From the NCBI GenBank assembly GCA_937892705.1, contig CALBGR010000021.1, positions 6,572 through 70,571 of the forward strand: a stretch of DNA of 64,000 nt, read 5' to 3'. The stretch comes from an uncultured Candidatus Saccharibacteria bacterium. GTDB taxonomy: Bacteria > Patescibacteriota > Saccharimonadia > Saccharimonadales > UBA4665. Position numbers and translations under genes: made by a program. The notes under the pieces were generated by a model. The model was not told where the DNA came from. It did no database searches and worked only from the letters and a program-made list of their open reading frames with translations. Of the stretch, positions 1 to 9,872 are shown one piece after another. Within the stretch, counting starts at the first letter, position 1. Each line of letters starts with the position of its first letter.

Positions 1-291
1 GTGGCAGAAATACACAAACCTGATATCATACTGCTCGATCTCATGATGCCTGGGATGAGTGGCGACGAAATGCTCACCCGCCTGCGCCAAACAGATTGGG
101 GAAGCGAAATCCGTGTCATCATCCTGACCAACATCAGTAAAAACGAAGCGCCGAGTGCGCTTCGTTTTTTACATGTTGATAGATATATCGTCAAAGCGCA
201 CACCACCCCGAAAGAGGTGGTAAAGATCATTCAAGAAGTCATAGGCACCCATAAAGTGTCTGGTCGTAAATTTGCAATAAACAGTAATTAA
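1..291 (+). CDS. response regulator receiver-domain protein, 5' partial (continues upstream of window)
   Basis: Receiver-domain core PDIILLDLMMPGMSGDE ... VIILTN ... VKA. The phospho-acceptor N-terminus is not in the window. Confidence 0.8.
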   Translation: MAEIHKPDIILLDLMMPGMSGDEMLTRLRQTDWGSEIRVIILTNISKNEAPSALRFLHVDRYIVKAHTTPKEVVKIIQEVIGTHKVSGRKFAINSN

Positions 292-302
292 GAGAGGGAG
301 TT

Positions 303-674
303 ATGGCAAAAATCACAATTGTTGAGGACGACCAAGCAATTTCACAAATGTACCGAATTAAGTTTGAAAGTGAAGGATATACGGTAGAAACAGCAGAAAA
401 TGGTAAGATTGGGCTAGAGGTCATTAAAAAAATGAAGCCAGACATTGTGCTTCTGGATGTGATGATGCCTGAAATGAGCGGTGACGAAGTACTAGAAGCA
501 CTCAGAGCCAGCAGCTGGGGCAAAAACATCAAAGTTATTGTACTGACCAACATAGGCGAACAAGAGCTTTCACCAAAAATTAAGGAACTTGGAGTAGAAG
601 CTGTTATCCTAAAAGCAGACATGACGCCACGCCAAGTTGCGGAAATTGTCAAAAAACAACTTGCAAAAACCTAA
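303..674 (+). CDS. single-domain CheY-like response regulator (receiver only)
   Basis: 123 aa with IVEDD ... PDIVLLDVMMPEMSGDE ... VLTN ... LKA. Paralogous to the preceding ORF. Confidence 0.88.
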   Translation: MAKITIVEDDQAISQMYRIKFESEGYTVETAENGKIGLEVIKKMKPDIVLLDVMMPEMSGDEVLEALRASSWGKNIKVIVLTNIGEQELSPKIKELGVEAVILKADMTPRQVAEIVKKQLAKT

Positions 675-693
675 CGCTTGAAAGATATATCTA

Positions 694-1992
694 ATGATGA
701 ATATAGCGATTGTCGGATTTAATGCCGAAGGTCGTGCTTCCTACGAATACTTCAAGAAGCAGGGACACCATATAACGATTTGTGATCAAAATGCGAGCTT
801 GGCTATTCCTGACGATGTGAACGCACAACTCGGACCACACTATCTGGACAAGCTAGATCGCTTTGATCTAATTGTACGCACCCCCGGTCTGCAACCCAGT
901 AAGATACTGGAACACAGCCCAAAAGTAAAACGTAAAATCACCAGTGGCACTAATGAGTTTTTTAAAGCCTGTCCAACAAAAAATATCATTGGCGTAACCG
1001 GCACCAAAGGAAAAGGCACCACTAGTACACTTATTGCACAGATACTGGAAGCTGCCGGCAAACGGGTACATTTAGGCGGTAATATCGGCGTGCCGGCACT
1101 AAGCTTTATCGACGACATTAAAAGTAACGACTGGGTTGTGCTGGAACTTTCGAGCTTTCAGCTGATGGACCTTGCCTACTCGCCGCCAATAGCAGTATGT
1201 CTGATGGTAGTTTCTGAACACATGGACTGGCACAAGGATATGGACGAGTATATTCAGGCAAAACAAAACCTTTTTGCTCATCAAACTGCTGATGATATAG
1301 CAATTTATTTTGCAGAAAACGAAACATCACGCCAAATTGCAAGTAAAAGCACAGGAAAGAAACTACCGTACTTCGCTTCACCCGGCGCCTATATAGAAGG
1401 TGGTTTTATAAAAATCGACAATCAAATAATTTGCCAAACAAGAGAATTGCAGCTGCTCGGCGAGCACAACTGGCAAAATGTGTGCGCCGCAATTACTGCC
1501 GTATGGCAAATCACGAAAGACATAGATGCTATCCGCAAGGTTGTTACGACATTTTCCGGCTTGCCACATCGACTGGAATTTATACGAGAAGTAAATGGCG
1601 TCTCATATTACAATGACTCATTTGCTACTACACCAGAGGCTGCTATAGTGGCGATGAACTCTTTTGAAGAGCCAAAACTGCTTATTTTAGGCGGATCAGA
1701 TAAAGGAGCTTCGTACGACGAACTAGCTCAAGCAGTGGCAAACAACAAAGTGCGCGCAGTAATCGTCATTGGAGAAACGGGCCAGAAGATTAAGTTGGCA
1801 CTTGGTGCAGCTGGATATCTAAGTGTGATTGACGGACCAGACACAATGCAAGAAATTGTAGCGAAAGCATACGAATATGCCGAACCCGGTGATGTTGTAC
1901 TGCTTTCGCCAGGCTCAGCAAGTTTTGGCATGTTTCAGGACTATAAAGACCGCGGCGACCAGTTTAGGCAAGCTGTGCAAGCACTCGCGTAA
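694..1992 (+). CDS. murD: UDP-N-acetylmuramoylalanine--D-glutamate ligase
   Basis: 432 aa. Mur ligase P-loop GVTGTKGKGTT, typical MurD N-terminus (IAIVGFNAEG) and C-terminal LLSPGSASFGMFQDYKDRG. Confidence 0.93.
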   Translation: MMNIAIVGFNAEGRASYEYFKKQGHHITICDQNASLAIPDDVNAQLGPHYLDKLDRFDLIVRTPGLQPSKILEHSPKVKRKITSGTNEFFKACPTKNIIGVTGTKGKGTTSTLIAQILEAAGKRVHLGGNIGVPALSFIDDIKSNDWVVLELSSFQLMDLAYSPPIAVCLMVVSEHMDWHKDMDEYIQAKQNLFAHQTADDIAIYFAENETSRQIASKSTGKKLPYFASPGAYIEGGFIKIDNQIICQTRELQLLGEHNWQNVCAAITAVWQITKDIDAIRKVVTTFSGLPHRLEFIREVNGVSYYNDSFATTPEAAIVAMNSFEEPKLLILGGSDKGASYDELAQAVANNKVRAVIVIGETGQKIKLALGAAGYLSVIDGPDTMQEIVAKAYEYAEPGDVVLLSPGSASFGMFQDYKDRGDQFRQAVQALA

Positions 1993-2611
1993 GTTGTTTA
2001 ACTACCGCTGCTTCAGGCTGCAGCACAACTGCTCGCCCAAGTGCAATCCGCTCTACCATCTTTTCAATCCAATGATAATGCGTACAACCCATTACAATGA
2101 CATCTGCACCGCGCTGAAGTGACTCCTCTATAACATCCCGGATATGTGCTTGATCAATTGCATCTTCTTCAATCATAGACGCCCAGCGGCTACAATCTGG
2201 CTCAAGTACCGTAATATGCTGTGCATAGCGTTTTTTAAGCTCCTTATACCGTTTGCTTGCCAATGTGGTCGGCGTAGCGCAAACGGTAATAACATTTGTT
2301 TTTGTAAGCTTGGCGGCTGGCTTCACCATCGGCTCAATACCAATAAGCGGCACCGACAAAGCCTTGCGCAGCTCCTGAATAATTGTGGTAGTGACCGTAT
2401 TGCAGGCAATTACTATCACATCACATCCCTGCTCCACCAAGTCTTGGAGTATGGGCAGCACAAGCTCATACAATGTTTCAGGTGTTTTGGTACCATAGGG
2501 TACATTTTTACGGTCTTGTGCGTACACCACCTGGTGTTCGGGTAGCGCTTTTCGTATCGCATTTGCAACAGAACGACCACCAACTCCAGAATCAAATACT
2601 CCTATCTTCAC
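1964..2611 (-). CDS. murI: glutamate racemase
   Basis: MKIGVFDSGVGG, catalytic motifs ACNT and GCTHY. Somewhat short (215 aa). Convergent 29-nt overlap with murD. Confidence 0.88.
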   Translation of the reverse strand: MKIGVFDSGVGGRSVANAIRKALPEHQVVYAQDRKNVPYGTKTPETLYELVLPILQDLVEQGCDVIVIACNTVTTTIIQELRKALSVPLIGIEPMVKPAAKLTKTNVITVCATPTTLASKRYKELKKRYAQHITVLEPDCSRWASMIEEDAIDQAHIRDVIEESLQRGADVIVMGCTHYHWIEKMVERIALGRAVVLQPEAAVVKQLTRVLAQLA

Positions 2612-3417
2612 TGTTCTATACGACCCCTTGCAGCACGAATTACGTTATCAAATAAAGCACAGATGGTCAGCGGCCCCACCCCGCCTTTTGGAGGTGTTAC
2701 CGTAAGGTCATCGCGCTCGTATACATCTGGATCAAGGTCACCTACTGTTTTACCGTCTTCTCCGGCAACACCCGCATCAACCACGATAGCCCCTCGCTTG
2801 AGCATAGCAGCATTAATCACTCCAGGACTACCGGTCGCTGTAATCACAATATCAGCACTTGAAACTTTTGCCTGTAGATTATCAGTAGACTCGTCAACTG
2901 CCGAAACAGACACACCAGAATTTTTCAGTATTCTCTCAAGCGGTGCACCTACCAGCTTACCGCGGCCAACAAGCAACACCTCTTTGCCCTGCAGATCGAT
3001 ATTATAACCAGCCAGCAGCCACAAAATAGCCATTGGCGTTGCTGGATCATATATAGCGCGCTTACCGAGCGCATCGACGTCTTTTTCAGGCGCCACCAAA
3101 TCAACAATTTCATCAGTTTGCGATGGGTCTTCAAGTGGCAGCTGCACTATCACACCATGTACGCTTTCATCTTCATTGAGCTTTTGGATTAGCGAAGCAA
3201 CTTCTGCTTGTTTCACCCGATGGATATCAACATCAATCAAAATATCCTCGCCATACTGCGTTTTCATCCGCATATAGACTTCGATTGCCGGATGCTCAAT
3301 AGTAACAACAATAGCTAGCTTCGGAAAAATATGATGTGCCTGCCGCAAACCACGAACCTGCCGCGCCTGCCGCTCTTTGATGAAGCTTGCCAGCTCACTG
3401 CCATTTAACAATTTCAT
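2608..3417 (-). CDS. folD: bifunctional methylenetetrahydrofolate dehydrogenase/cyclohydrolase
   Basis: 269 aa with VGRGKLVGAPL, ATGSPG and PPKGGVGPLT motifs. 4-nt overlap with the murI start. Confidence 0.92.
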   Translation of the reverse strand: MKLLNGSELASFIKERQARQVRGLRQAHHIFPKLAIVVTIEHPAIEVYMRMKTQYGEDILIDVDIHRVKQAEVASLIQKLNEDESVHGVIVQLPLEDPSQTDEIVDLVAPEKDVDALGKRAIYDPATPMAILWLLAGYNIDLQGKEVLLVGRGKLVGAPLERILKNSGVSVSAVDESTDNLQAKVSSADIVITATGSPGVINAAMLKRGAIVVDAGVAGEDGKTVGDLDPDVYERDDLTVTPPKGGVGPLTICALFDNVIRAARGRIEQ

Positions 3418-3471
3418 TTAATTTATTGTAACAGAGATGTACTAGAGTAAAAATAACGTATACTAGTAAAA

Positions 3472-3828
3472 ATGACTACTAAAAACCCTGTAATAATTCA
3501 TCAGCCATCTAAAACCGACCTACTGTTTGAAATCATCGGGTTGCAAACGGCACGCGGAAGAGTCCTCTTTTTTGGGATTGTTAGTATCTGTGTGTATCTA
3601 CTACCGGTAAATACACTGAAAAACTTCTCTCTTTGGAATCTACTTGATATCCACTCACCGTCTATCGGTCTCACTCGGGCATATCATTATGTACTGCATG
3701 GTGACTTTGCCAAAGCATGGGAACAAAATGATTTTATATTTGTAGTACTTATTGTCGGTATACCCATAATCGTAAAAGACGTATACAATGTTACCCAGCA
3801 AATAATAATTGGGAGATATTTTTCATGA
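3472..3828 (+). CDS. small membrane protein, DUF2752-like
   Basis: 118 aa, hydrophobic helices. The GLTRAYHYVLHGDF segment resembles the DUF2752 core. Confidence 0.55.
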   Translation: MTTKNPVIIHQPSKTDLLFEIIGLQTARGRVLFFGIVSICVYLLPVNTLKNFSLWNLLDIHSPSIGLTRAYHYVLHGDFAKAWEQNDFIFVVLIVGIPIIVKDVYNVTQQIIIGRYFS

Positions 3829-3991
3829 ATGACGAAAATCAGAATAACCAGGCACCTAACTCAACCATTCCACCGCAGCCTGGACAGTTTCAAAGTGCTA
3901 ATCCGCAATCCAATTATCGACCATATGAAAACCACCAATAGGTCCTACCCCACAGCCAGGTTTTCAGCCACAAGACGGACAAAAAGACTTT

Positions 3992-4180
3992 TTGGTTGCA
4001 ATTCTACTCTCAATTTTCGCTGGTACTATTGGCGTAGATCGTTTCTACCTCGGCTACACCGGACTCGGTATATTGAAACTTATCACAATTGGCGGCTGTG
4101 GTATCTGGTATATTATAGACATCATTTTGATTGCTACAGGCAAATTGAAAGACGCAAAAGGCCAGCCGCTCAAGCACTAA
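3992..4180 (+). CDS. TM2 domain membrane protein (probably longer: N-terminal Q/P/N-rich part lies in another frame from ATG 3825)
   Basis: [31 protein letters not shown] is a classic TM2 domain. An upstream 38-codon ORF (3825-3941) joins it if the A4 run at 3928-3931 were A5. Confidence 0.75.
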   Translation: MVAILLSIFAGTIGVDRFYLGYTGLGILKLITIGGCGIWYIIDIILIATGKLKDAKGQPLKH

Positions 4181-4283
4181 TTACATATCAGCAAAAACCT
4201 GCGGGCACTAACCAAAATATACGGCAAAAGGAGTATTGCATACTTCGCCTTAATCTGTTAAAATAGCTCCGTTGCCCGCAAGT

Positions 4284-4360
4284 GGGTCATTAGCTCAGCT
4301 GGTTAGAGCACCTGCCTTTTAAGCAGGGTGTCCTGGGTTCGAGTCCCAGATGACCCTCCA
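4284..4360 (+). tRNA. tRNA-Lys (anticodon TTT), CCA encoded
   Basis: Cloverleaf read by eye: acceptor GGGTCAT/ATGACCC, anticodon arm CCTGC-CTTTTAA-GCAGG, T arm CTGGG-TTCGAGT-CCCAG. Confidence 0.95.
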
Positions 4361-4369
4361 AATTAAGAG

Positions 4370-4396
4370 CCCTACACGAAGAAAGGTAGGGTTTTT
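4370..4396 (+). terminator. rho-independent terminator after tRNA-Lys
   Basis: Stem CCCTAC/GTAGGG followed by TTTTT. Confidence 0.7.
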
Positions 4397-4431
4397 AATT
4401 TGCCTCTTGTCATTTTTGTTATAGTTAGTTT

Positions 4432-4821
4432 ATGACAAAAATCAGCATCGAAGAAGATTGCGGCAATGCGCCAAAGAAGACATTTATTAAAGATTTTCTT
4501 ATTGCAACTACAACCGAGAATATCAATGACGCACTTGAGATGATAACCGATGATATCTCCATCAACACACCGGGTCAAACATTGGCGCATGGTAAAGAGG
4601 AAGCAGAACAATTATTTCGTAGCAACACTGCCAAAAATAAAGTATCGGAACTTATAGTGAAAAATATTCTTTCGCACGGCGACAAGGGTGCAGCTGATGG
4701 AGTTATGAGGTTTACAGACGACAGCAAAGTTGCTTTTTGTCACATATATACCTTTAGCAGCCACAAAAAGGATGCAAAGATAAAAACAATCACATCTTAT
4801 TCTGTAAAAGCTATTCTGTAA
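4432..4821 (+). CDS. hypothetical protein (possibly NTF2/SnoaL-like fold)
   Basis: 129-aa ORF with coding-like composition. No motif I can name with certainty. Confidence 0.55.
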   Translation: MTKISIEEDCGNAPKKTFIKDFLIATTTENINDALEMITDDISINTPGQTLAHGKEEAEQLFRSNTAKNKVSELIVKNILSHGDKGAADGVMRFTDDSKVAFCHIYTFSSHKKDAKIKTITSYSVKAIL

Positions 4822-4926
4822 AAGCATAACAAGACGCCGCGGAAGTTGATATTTTATTAATTTTATGTTACAATAATAAGATAGATATCTGTTATTCTAA
4901 ATCGCCTTATCTCTTATGGTATAAAA

Positions 4927-5430
4927 ATGGCAACCGCTGAAAAATTTTCAACCAGAGAATCCAAAAACACCGAAAACTACGACACACAACGTCGAGAGTG
5001 TCATAATCGCGCCTTCGATCTTGCCGTGGAGACACTTCGATACATGGGGAAACCGATAGTTGTTGATAAACCTGGCTACAAAGTTCGTCGACTTCGAACT
5101 ACAAACTGGGTACCCTATAGGCCACCAGACGCTCCTGAAATTTACACAAATGTACGTCTTCAGTATGTAGAAATTGGTGATACTGAATATAACCTGCCGG
5201 TTAAACGATTTGAAATATACGCTGAAGATAGCGTGATGCAATCTGACTCATCAACGACGCTCGTAGCAACACTGGAAAATCCCGCTACAGGAGCTTCTGC
5301 GATTGCCTATGAAGGCCGTTATATTCCAACCAAATATCGTCCAAAACTTGATGAAATAGTTGTTGATCTCGTGCAGCATATACGTGACACCGTACAAGCC
5401 GAAAGTGTTTATAGAAACTATATTAGTTAG
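4927..5430 (+). CDS. hypothetical protein
   Basis: 167-aa ORF, no recognisable motif. Confidence 0.55.
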   Translation: MATAEKFSTRESKNTENYDTQRRECHNRAFDLAVETLRYMGKPIVVDKPGYKVRRLRTTNWVPYRPPDAPEIYTNVRLQYVEIGDTEYNLPVKRFEIYAEDSVMQSDSSTTLVATLENPATGASAIAYEGRYIPTKYRPKLDEIVVDLVQHIRDTVQAESVYRNYIS

Positions 5431-5693
5431 CGCCGCTTACGAGATGTTTGTGGACGAGCCTCACTTACTACAAGCTTTCGGCCGCCAAATTCTGACCCAT
5501 GAAATTTTTGTATAGCAGCCTTGGCGTCGTCGTCATTTTCGTACTCCACAAAGCCAAAACCTTTGGAACGACCTGTTTCGTGATCGATAATAAGCTTTGT
5601 GGATGTTATGGTGCCTGCTGCTGCAAAAAACTGCGCAAGCTCTTCTTCGGTGGTGCTATACGGTAATGAGCCGATAAATAATTTTGTTGCCAT
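5427..5693 (-). CDS. RNA-binding protein with a single RRM domain
   Basis: RNP-2 LFIGSL and RNP-1 KGFGFVEY, with an Arg/Lys-rich tail. SD AAAGGAG upstream. Confidence 0.9.
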   Translation of the reverse strand: MATKLFIGSLPYSTTEEELAQFFAAAGTITSTKLIIDHETGRSKGFGFVEYENDDDAKAAIQKFHGSEFGGRKLVVSEARPQTSRKRR

Positions 5694-6209
5694 GATAATA
5701 CTCCTTTATGCTCGGAGGTAACATGGCAAACCAGTTAGCTGCTCCTCGGAACGATACTTTTTACTACTTCCTAGAAATTTTCACCCAGCAGCTAGTCTTT
5801 CTAGTAGCTTGACTATATCACACTCTTAAAAATATTGACATAAAAAATTTCTAAACTTTTGTAAAACGCGGTACTGTTTTGCCCTGCCACTCTACTGTTT
5901 TGAGCCAGTTTGCTACGGAGCGAATCCACGTAAGTTTTTCGCCATATTCTGCTTGATACACGACACTTGGTTCGAGTGTTGCTTTAGAAAGCGCAATGGA
6001 AATGACTTTGTAGAGTCTGTTTTCGTAATGTTTATACTGCGCGCCAACAGCAACCTGCTGCTGAGCTTTGGCAAGTCTTTGTTGTAGTGCTTTTTGAGAT
6101 ACGTCTCATACCAAGTGATTATACGCTTAGTGTATGAGTATGTGTGAAAGATTTTACTGTCAAAACAACGTCTCTTTTTCATACTACACATAAACCCTAA
6201 AGGAGGAGT

Positions 6210-6992
6210 ATGAAGGCACTATGGAAAGGATACGTCGTTCTCGGACAACTCGGCATACCAGTACGCCTTTACAGTGCTACGCAAAAATCGGGCGTAACGT
6301 TCGTACAACTCCATGAAAAAGATAGTTCGCCAGTTGAACGCCCGCTGTTTTGTAAAAAAGAAAATCGGGAAATTTCTAGCCATGAAACTATTCGCGGTGT
6401 CGAGTACGAACCGGGTAAATATGTCACATTTACCGAGCAAGAATCGGAGCGATCCTCCAACACAGAAACCAAAGCAATTACCATAAAACAATTTTGTGTA
6501 CCAAATCAGATAGCACCGCATTACTTTGAAAAACCCTACTACCTGGCGCCCGCCAAAGGCGGTGAACGGGGATACGCGCTCTTGCGTGATGGGCTGTCTC
6601 AAACCGGCATGGTAGCATTTGGACAATATTATTTTTACGGTAGTGAGCATATTGGAGTTATTGGAACGCTAGAAGACGTACTAGTACTCTATAAGCTTCG
6701 TTATGCTGACGAATTAGTGCCTCGAAACCAGATAAAAACTCCTCCGCTCTCACGACCAAACCCTGCTGAACTCGACATGATGAAAGCGGCCATTGAGCGA
6801 TACAGCGGACCGCTGCATATACGGGATTATCACGACGAATATACCGAGTATATAAAGCAACTCAGCGAATACAAGATAAAAGGACTACCAATGCCAAAAC
6901 CCGAGCAAGTACCTGCGCATGCTACCCCAGAAAGCGAAATTCATGCCGCACTGGATCAGATACTCAGCCGCAAACAACGCACTATTCAGTAA
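6210..6992 (+). CDS. ku: Ku protein (non-homologous end-joining DNA-end-binding protein)
   Basis: N-terminus ALWKGYVVLGQLGIPVRLYSATQ ... FVQLH ... IRGVEYEPGKYV matches the bacterial Ku consensus. 260 aa. Confidence 0.87.
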   Translation: MKALWKGYVVLGQLGIPVRLYSATQKSGVTFVQLHEKDSSPVERPLFCKKENREISSHETIRGVEYEPGKYVTFTEQESERSSNTETKAITIKQFCVPNQIAPHYFEKPYYLAPAKGGERGYALLRDGLSQTGMVAFGQYYFYGSEHIGVIGTLEDVLVLYKLRYADELVPRNQIKTPPLSRPNPAELDMMKAAIERYSGPLHIRDYHDEYTEYIKQLSEYKIKGLPMPKPEQVPAHATPESEIHAALDQILSRKQRTIQ

Positions 6993-7007
6993 CAATAAAA
7001 ATCTTTA

Positions 7008-8609
7008 CTACCTATTTTCAATGACGGTATCTATAAGCTCGTCATCTTCACCTTTCTTATGATGGTGTGGCAACCAAATGGCCGCAACAACCGCTGCAAC
7101 AGCAACAATACCTGCTGCAACGAGCATGGACTGTGACATGCCGCTCATCCAAGCAGCTTTAGCAGCCATTGCCAAGTCACCACCAACACTACCCATTTTA
7201 TCGGCCACTGACAATGCACCGGCAAGCGAATTGGTAGTAACTTCCTGCATATGCGACGGTAAACCAGTCAGTGCGTTAGTAATTTTTGCAGTGTAGTCTG
7301 AACTTAAAATTGCTCCCAATACTGCTATGCCTAATGATCCACCGAGCTCTCGAGCAGTATTATTCATTGCCGAACCCATACCTGCACGGTTACGCGGAAT
7401 TGCCGACATAAGCATATTGGTTGCCGGTGTCATCGTAAGCGACATACCCACCATCATCACCAACATACCGCCAACCACCTGCCAATACGAAGGTACTACC
7501 GGCCACTGTGACATGATAAGAAATGCAATTGATACAAGCGTAAGCCCAGCGGCGACCGTCCAACGTACTCCAACTTTCTTTACTATATTTGGCACAAATG
7601 GCGCAGTAAGCATCATAAGCATCATTATCGGCAACATCCTAATAGATGACTCCATGGTGCTATAGCCCATAATGAGCTGGAACAATTGACTCATGGAGAA
7701 GAAAATACCCATCAGCGCAAAGAACACAAGCATTATAGATAGCGCAGAAACTGAAAATGCATGGTTTTTAAATAAGCGAAGATCAAGCATCGGGTGTTCT
7801 ATGCGCAGCTGTCGCCAAATAAAAGCGCCAAGTCCTAGCACACCGACTGCCAGCGCAGCCAACACAGTCGTATCATCTAGTCCGTGTGAAGGCGCCTCAA
7901 TGATACCGTATATCAAGCCAAATAGTCCTACCACCGACAATACGCCGCTCAAAAAATCAACCGGCGTATGATGTTCGTCACGAGAGTTCGGCACTAACAA
8001 TTGGTTCAGTACAAACCCTATACCGCCCACAATCAAACTGAAGTAAAATACCGAATGCCACGAAAAGTGCTCCAACAAAAACCCCGTCACAATCGACCCG
8101 AGCGCTATCCCGCCACCAGCAACACCAGACCAAATTGCAATTGCCCGTGCACGTTCATGGCGCGGAAATACATTACCAATCACCGACAGTGTCGTCGGCA
8201 TCACCATAGCCGCCCCAATACCCATAATGGCACGTGCAACGATAAGCTCAATACCAGACCCGGCAATAAACGCAGCATATAGTGTGGCAAGCAAAAATAT
8301 TGCAAGCCCAATTTGCATCACCGTCTTTCGACCGTAATGATCAGCAAGGGCGCTTGCGGTAAACATCAGACTTGCAAAAATAAGCACATAAATATCTACC
8401 ACCCATGTAAGCTGCAACGAGGTAAGGTCCAGGTCACGTGCTAAAGTTGGCAGTGCAAGGTTAAGACTACTATTGCCTACGGTTACAAGCATCAAACCTA
8501 GACACAGTACCGCCAAGATCTTCCATCGTCTTGCATATACAGCTGGCTCAATACCGTCCACATCTTCTGTAGACAATGTAGCTTTAAGTTTGCGTCTTAT
8601 TTTTTCCAT
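7008..8609 (-). CDS. MFS transporter, DHA2 (EmrB/QacA, 14-TMS) family
   Basis: 533 aa, about 14 hydrophobic segments. LADHYGRK (motif A-like) and a typical DHA2 layout. Confidence 0.88.
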   Translation of the reverse strand: MEKIRRKLKATLSTEDVDGIEPAVYARRWKILAVLCLGLMLVTVGNSSLNLALPTLARDLDLTSLQLTWVVDIYVLIFASLMFTASALADHYGRKTVMQIGLAIFLLATLYAAFIAGSGIELIVARAIMGIGAAMVMPTTLSVIGNVFPRHERARAIAIWSGVAGGGIALGSIVTGFLLEHFSWHSVFYFSLIVGGIGFVLNQLLVPNSRDEHHTPVDFLSGVLSVVGLFGLIYGIIEAPSHGLDDTTVLAALAVGVLGLGAFIWRQLRIEHPMLDLRLFKNHAFSVSALSIMLVFFALMGIFFSMSQLFQLIMGYSTMESSIRMLPIMMLMMLTAPFVPNIVKKVGVRWTVAAGLTLVSIAFLIMSQWPVVPSYWQVVGGMLVMMVGMSLTMTPATNMLMSAIPRNRAGMGSAMNNTARELGGSLGIAVLGAILSSDYTAKITNALTGLPSHMQEVTTNSLAGALSVADKMGSVGGDLAMAAKAAWMSGMSQSMLVAAGIVAVAAVVAAIWLPHHHKKGEDDELIDTVIENR

Positions 8610-8860
8610 TCTCCTCCTTATTTGTTAACTATTGACACGTCAACTATTTTACACACTTCACTCCCGTTCAGTCCCATCAAAACAGAGACAGCTTTATGAT
8701 TTAGTAAAAACAAATCCACAAAATAATCGAAAAACTTAACCCTCGTCAGCACACCCTCAAATAATTCTTAAATTCTCTTTAAAAGTGTTGTATATATTAC
8801 GTCCATGCTCTATTATATTGATGAAATTTATAGGAGGATAGAAATAAGAGGATAGAACTT

Positions 8861-9831
8861 ATGAGACGTATTCGTAGTTTCATATATAAACCAATATATC
8901 TCATAACTGCTCTCATACTGCCTGGGGTATCCCTATTCTACACCCCTTCTATGCTACTGCTGCACCAGGCGATACAAATGATTGGCACACAGTGGGCAAC
9001 GCGGAATTTTCTGCTAGCGCAGCACACTTTATTAAATTAGCAATCAACAACGGCACCAAATATGTTGCATATTATGATGCTAGTCAAGGAGGCAAGGCAA
9101 CCGTGATGAAATTTGATGGTGCGAACTGGGTGCCGGTTGGTAGTCCGGGGTTCTCCGCAGGGTCAACACTATACGTCTCGCTGGCATTTGATCAAGGTAT
9201 ACCGTACGTTGCCCACACACACGACGACACTGAAAACAAAGTTACTGTTACAAAATTTGGCACCAATAGCGTTGACTTACCGCATGCACCGCATAATAAC
9301 ACACTGAATGTCACAACACCTATCGGTACTAATATCGAAAGTGCAAACCTCGTCACAGAAGACAACTTACCGACTCAAGATAACGAGTATCATTATCCAT
9401 TTGGTCTGGCCAATTTTAGTTTCACCACAGACTACACTAGCAATATCGTATCACTTACGTTTGAAACCGATTTACAACCCAACCAGATCACCGTACGTAA
9501 ATACAACCCTACTACAAATACCTACAATACTATTCCTGACGCCACCGTCACCAGCACGACCAACAATGGTAAGCCAGCCCTACAAATAAGCTATGAAATC
9601 ATCGATAACGGCGCATTAGACATTGACCCAACACCTGGAGCAATTACTGATCCAGTAGGCATAGCCATCGCTGAACAAAACACACTTAACACTTCCGACA
9701 CCAAACTCGGCGCCCCGAATACTGGCTTCACATCAACCGCTTTGTCACCAAGCATCTTCGCTGCAAGTACTGGTTTAGTTATCCTAACCTACGTAGCACG
9801 CCGCTATTTTCGTCAGATCCGCCGCACGTAA
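8861..9831 (+). CDS. sortase-anchored surface protein (frameshifted in this assembly near the C4 run at 8943-8946)
   Basis: ATG 8861 with SD AAGAGGA encodes the signal-like peptide MRRIRSFIYKPIYLITALILPGVSLFYTP. The body is in another frame (track ORF 8992-9831). The C-terminus is LGAPNTG, then a hydrophobic helix, then RRYFRQIRRT, which is a cell-wall sorting signal. Confidence 0.72.
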
Positions 9832-9872
9832 CCACAAAAACATTGAATCGGTTAGCATAAATTATTTACCCT

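Noticed and set aside
3829-4266. 145-aa ORF overlapping the TM2 gene in another frame.
   Set aside because: Its Arg/Tyr/Trp-rich composition is typical of off-frame translation. The TM2 domain in the other frame is unmistakable.
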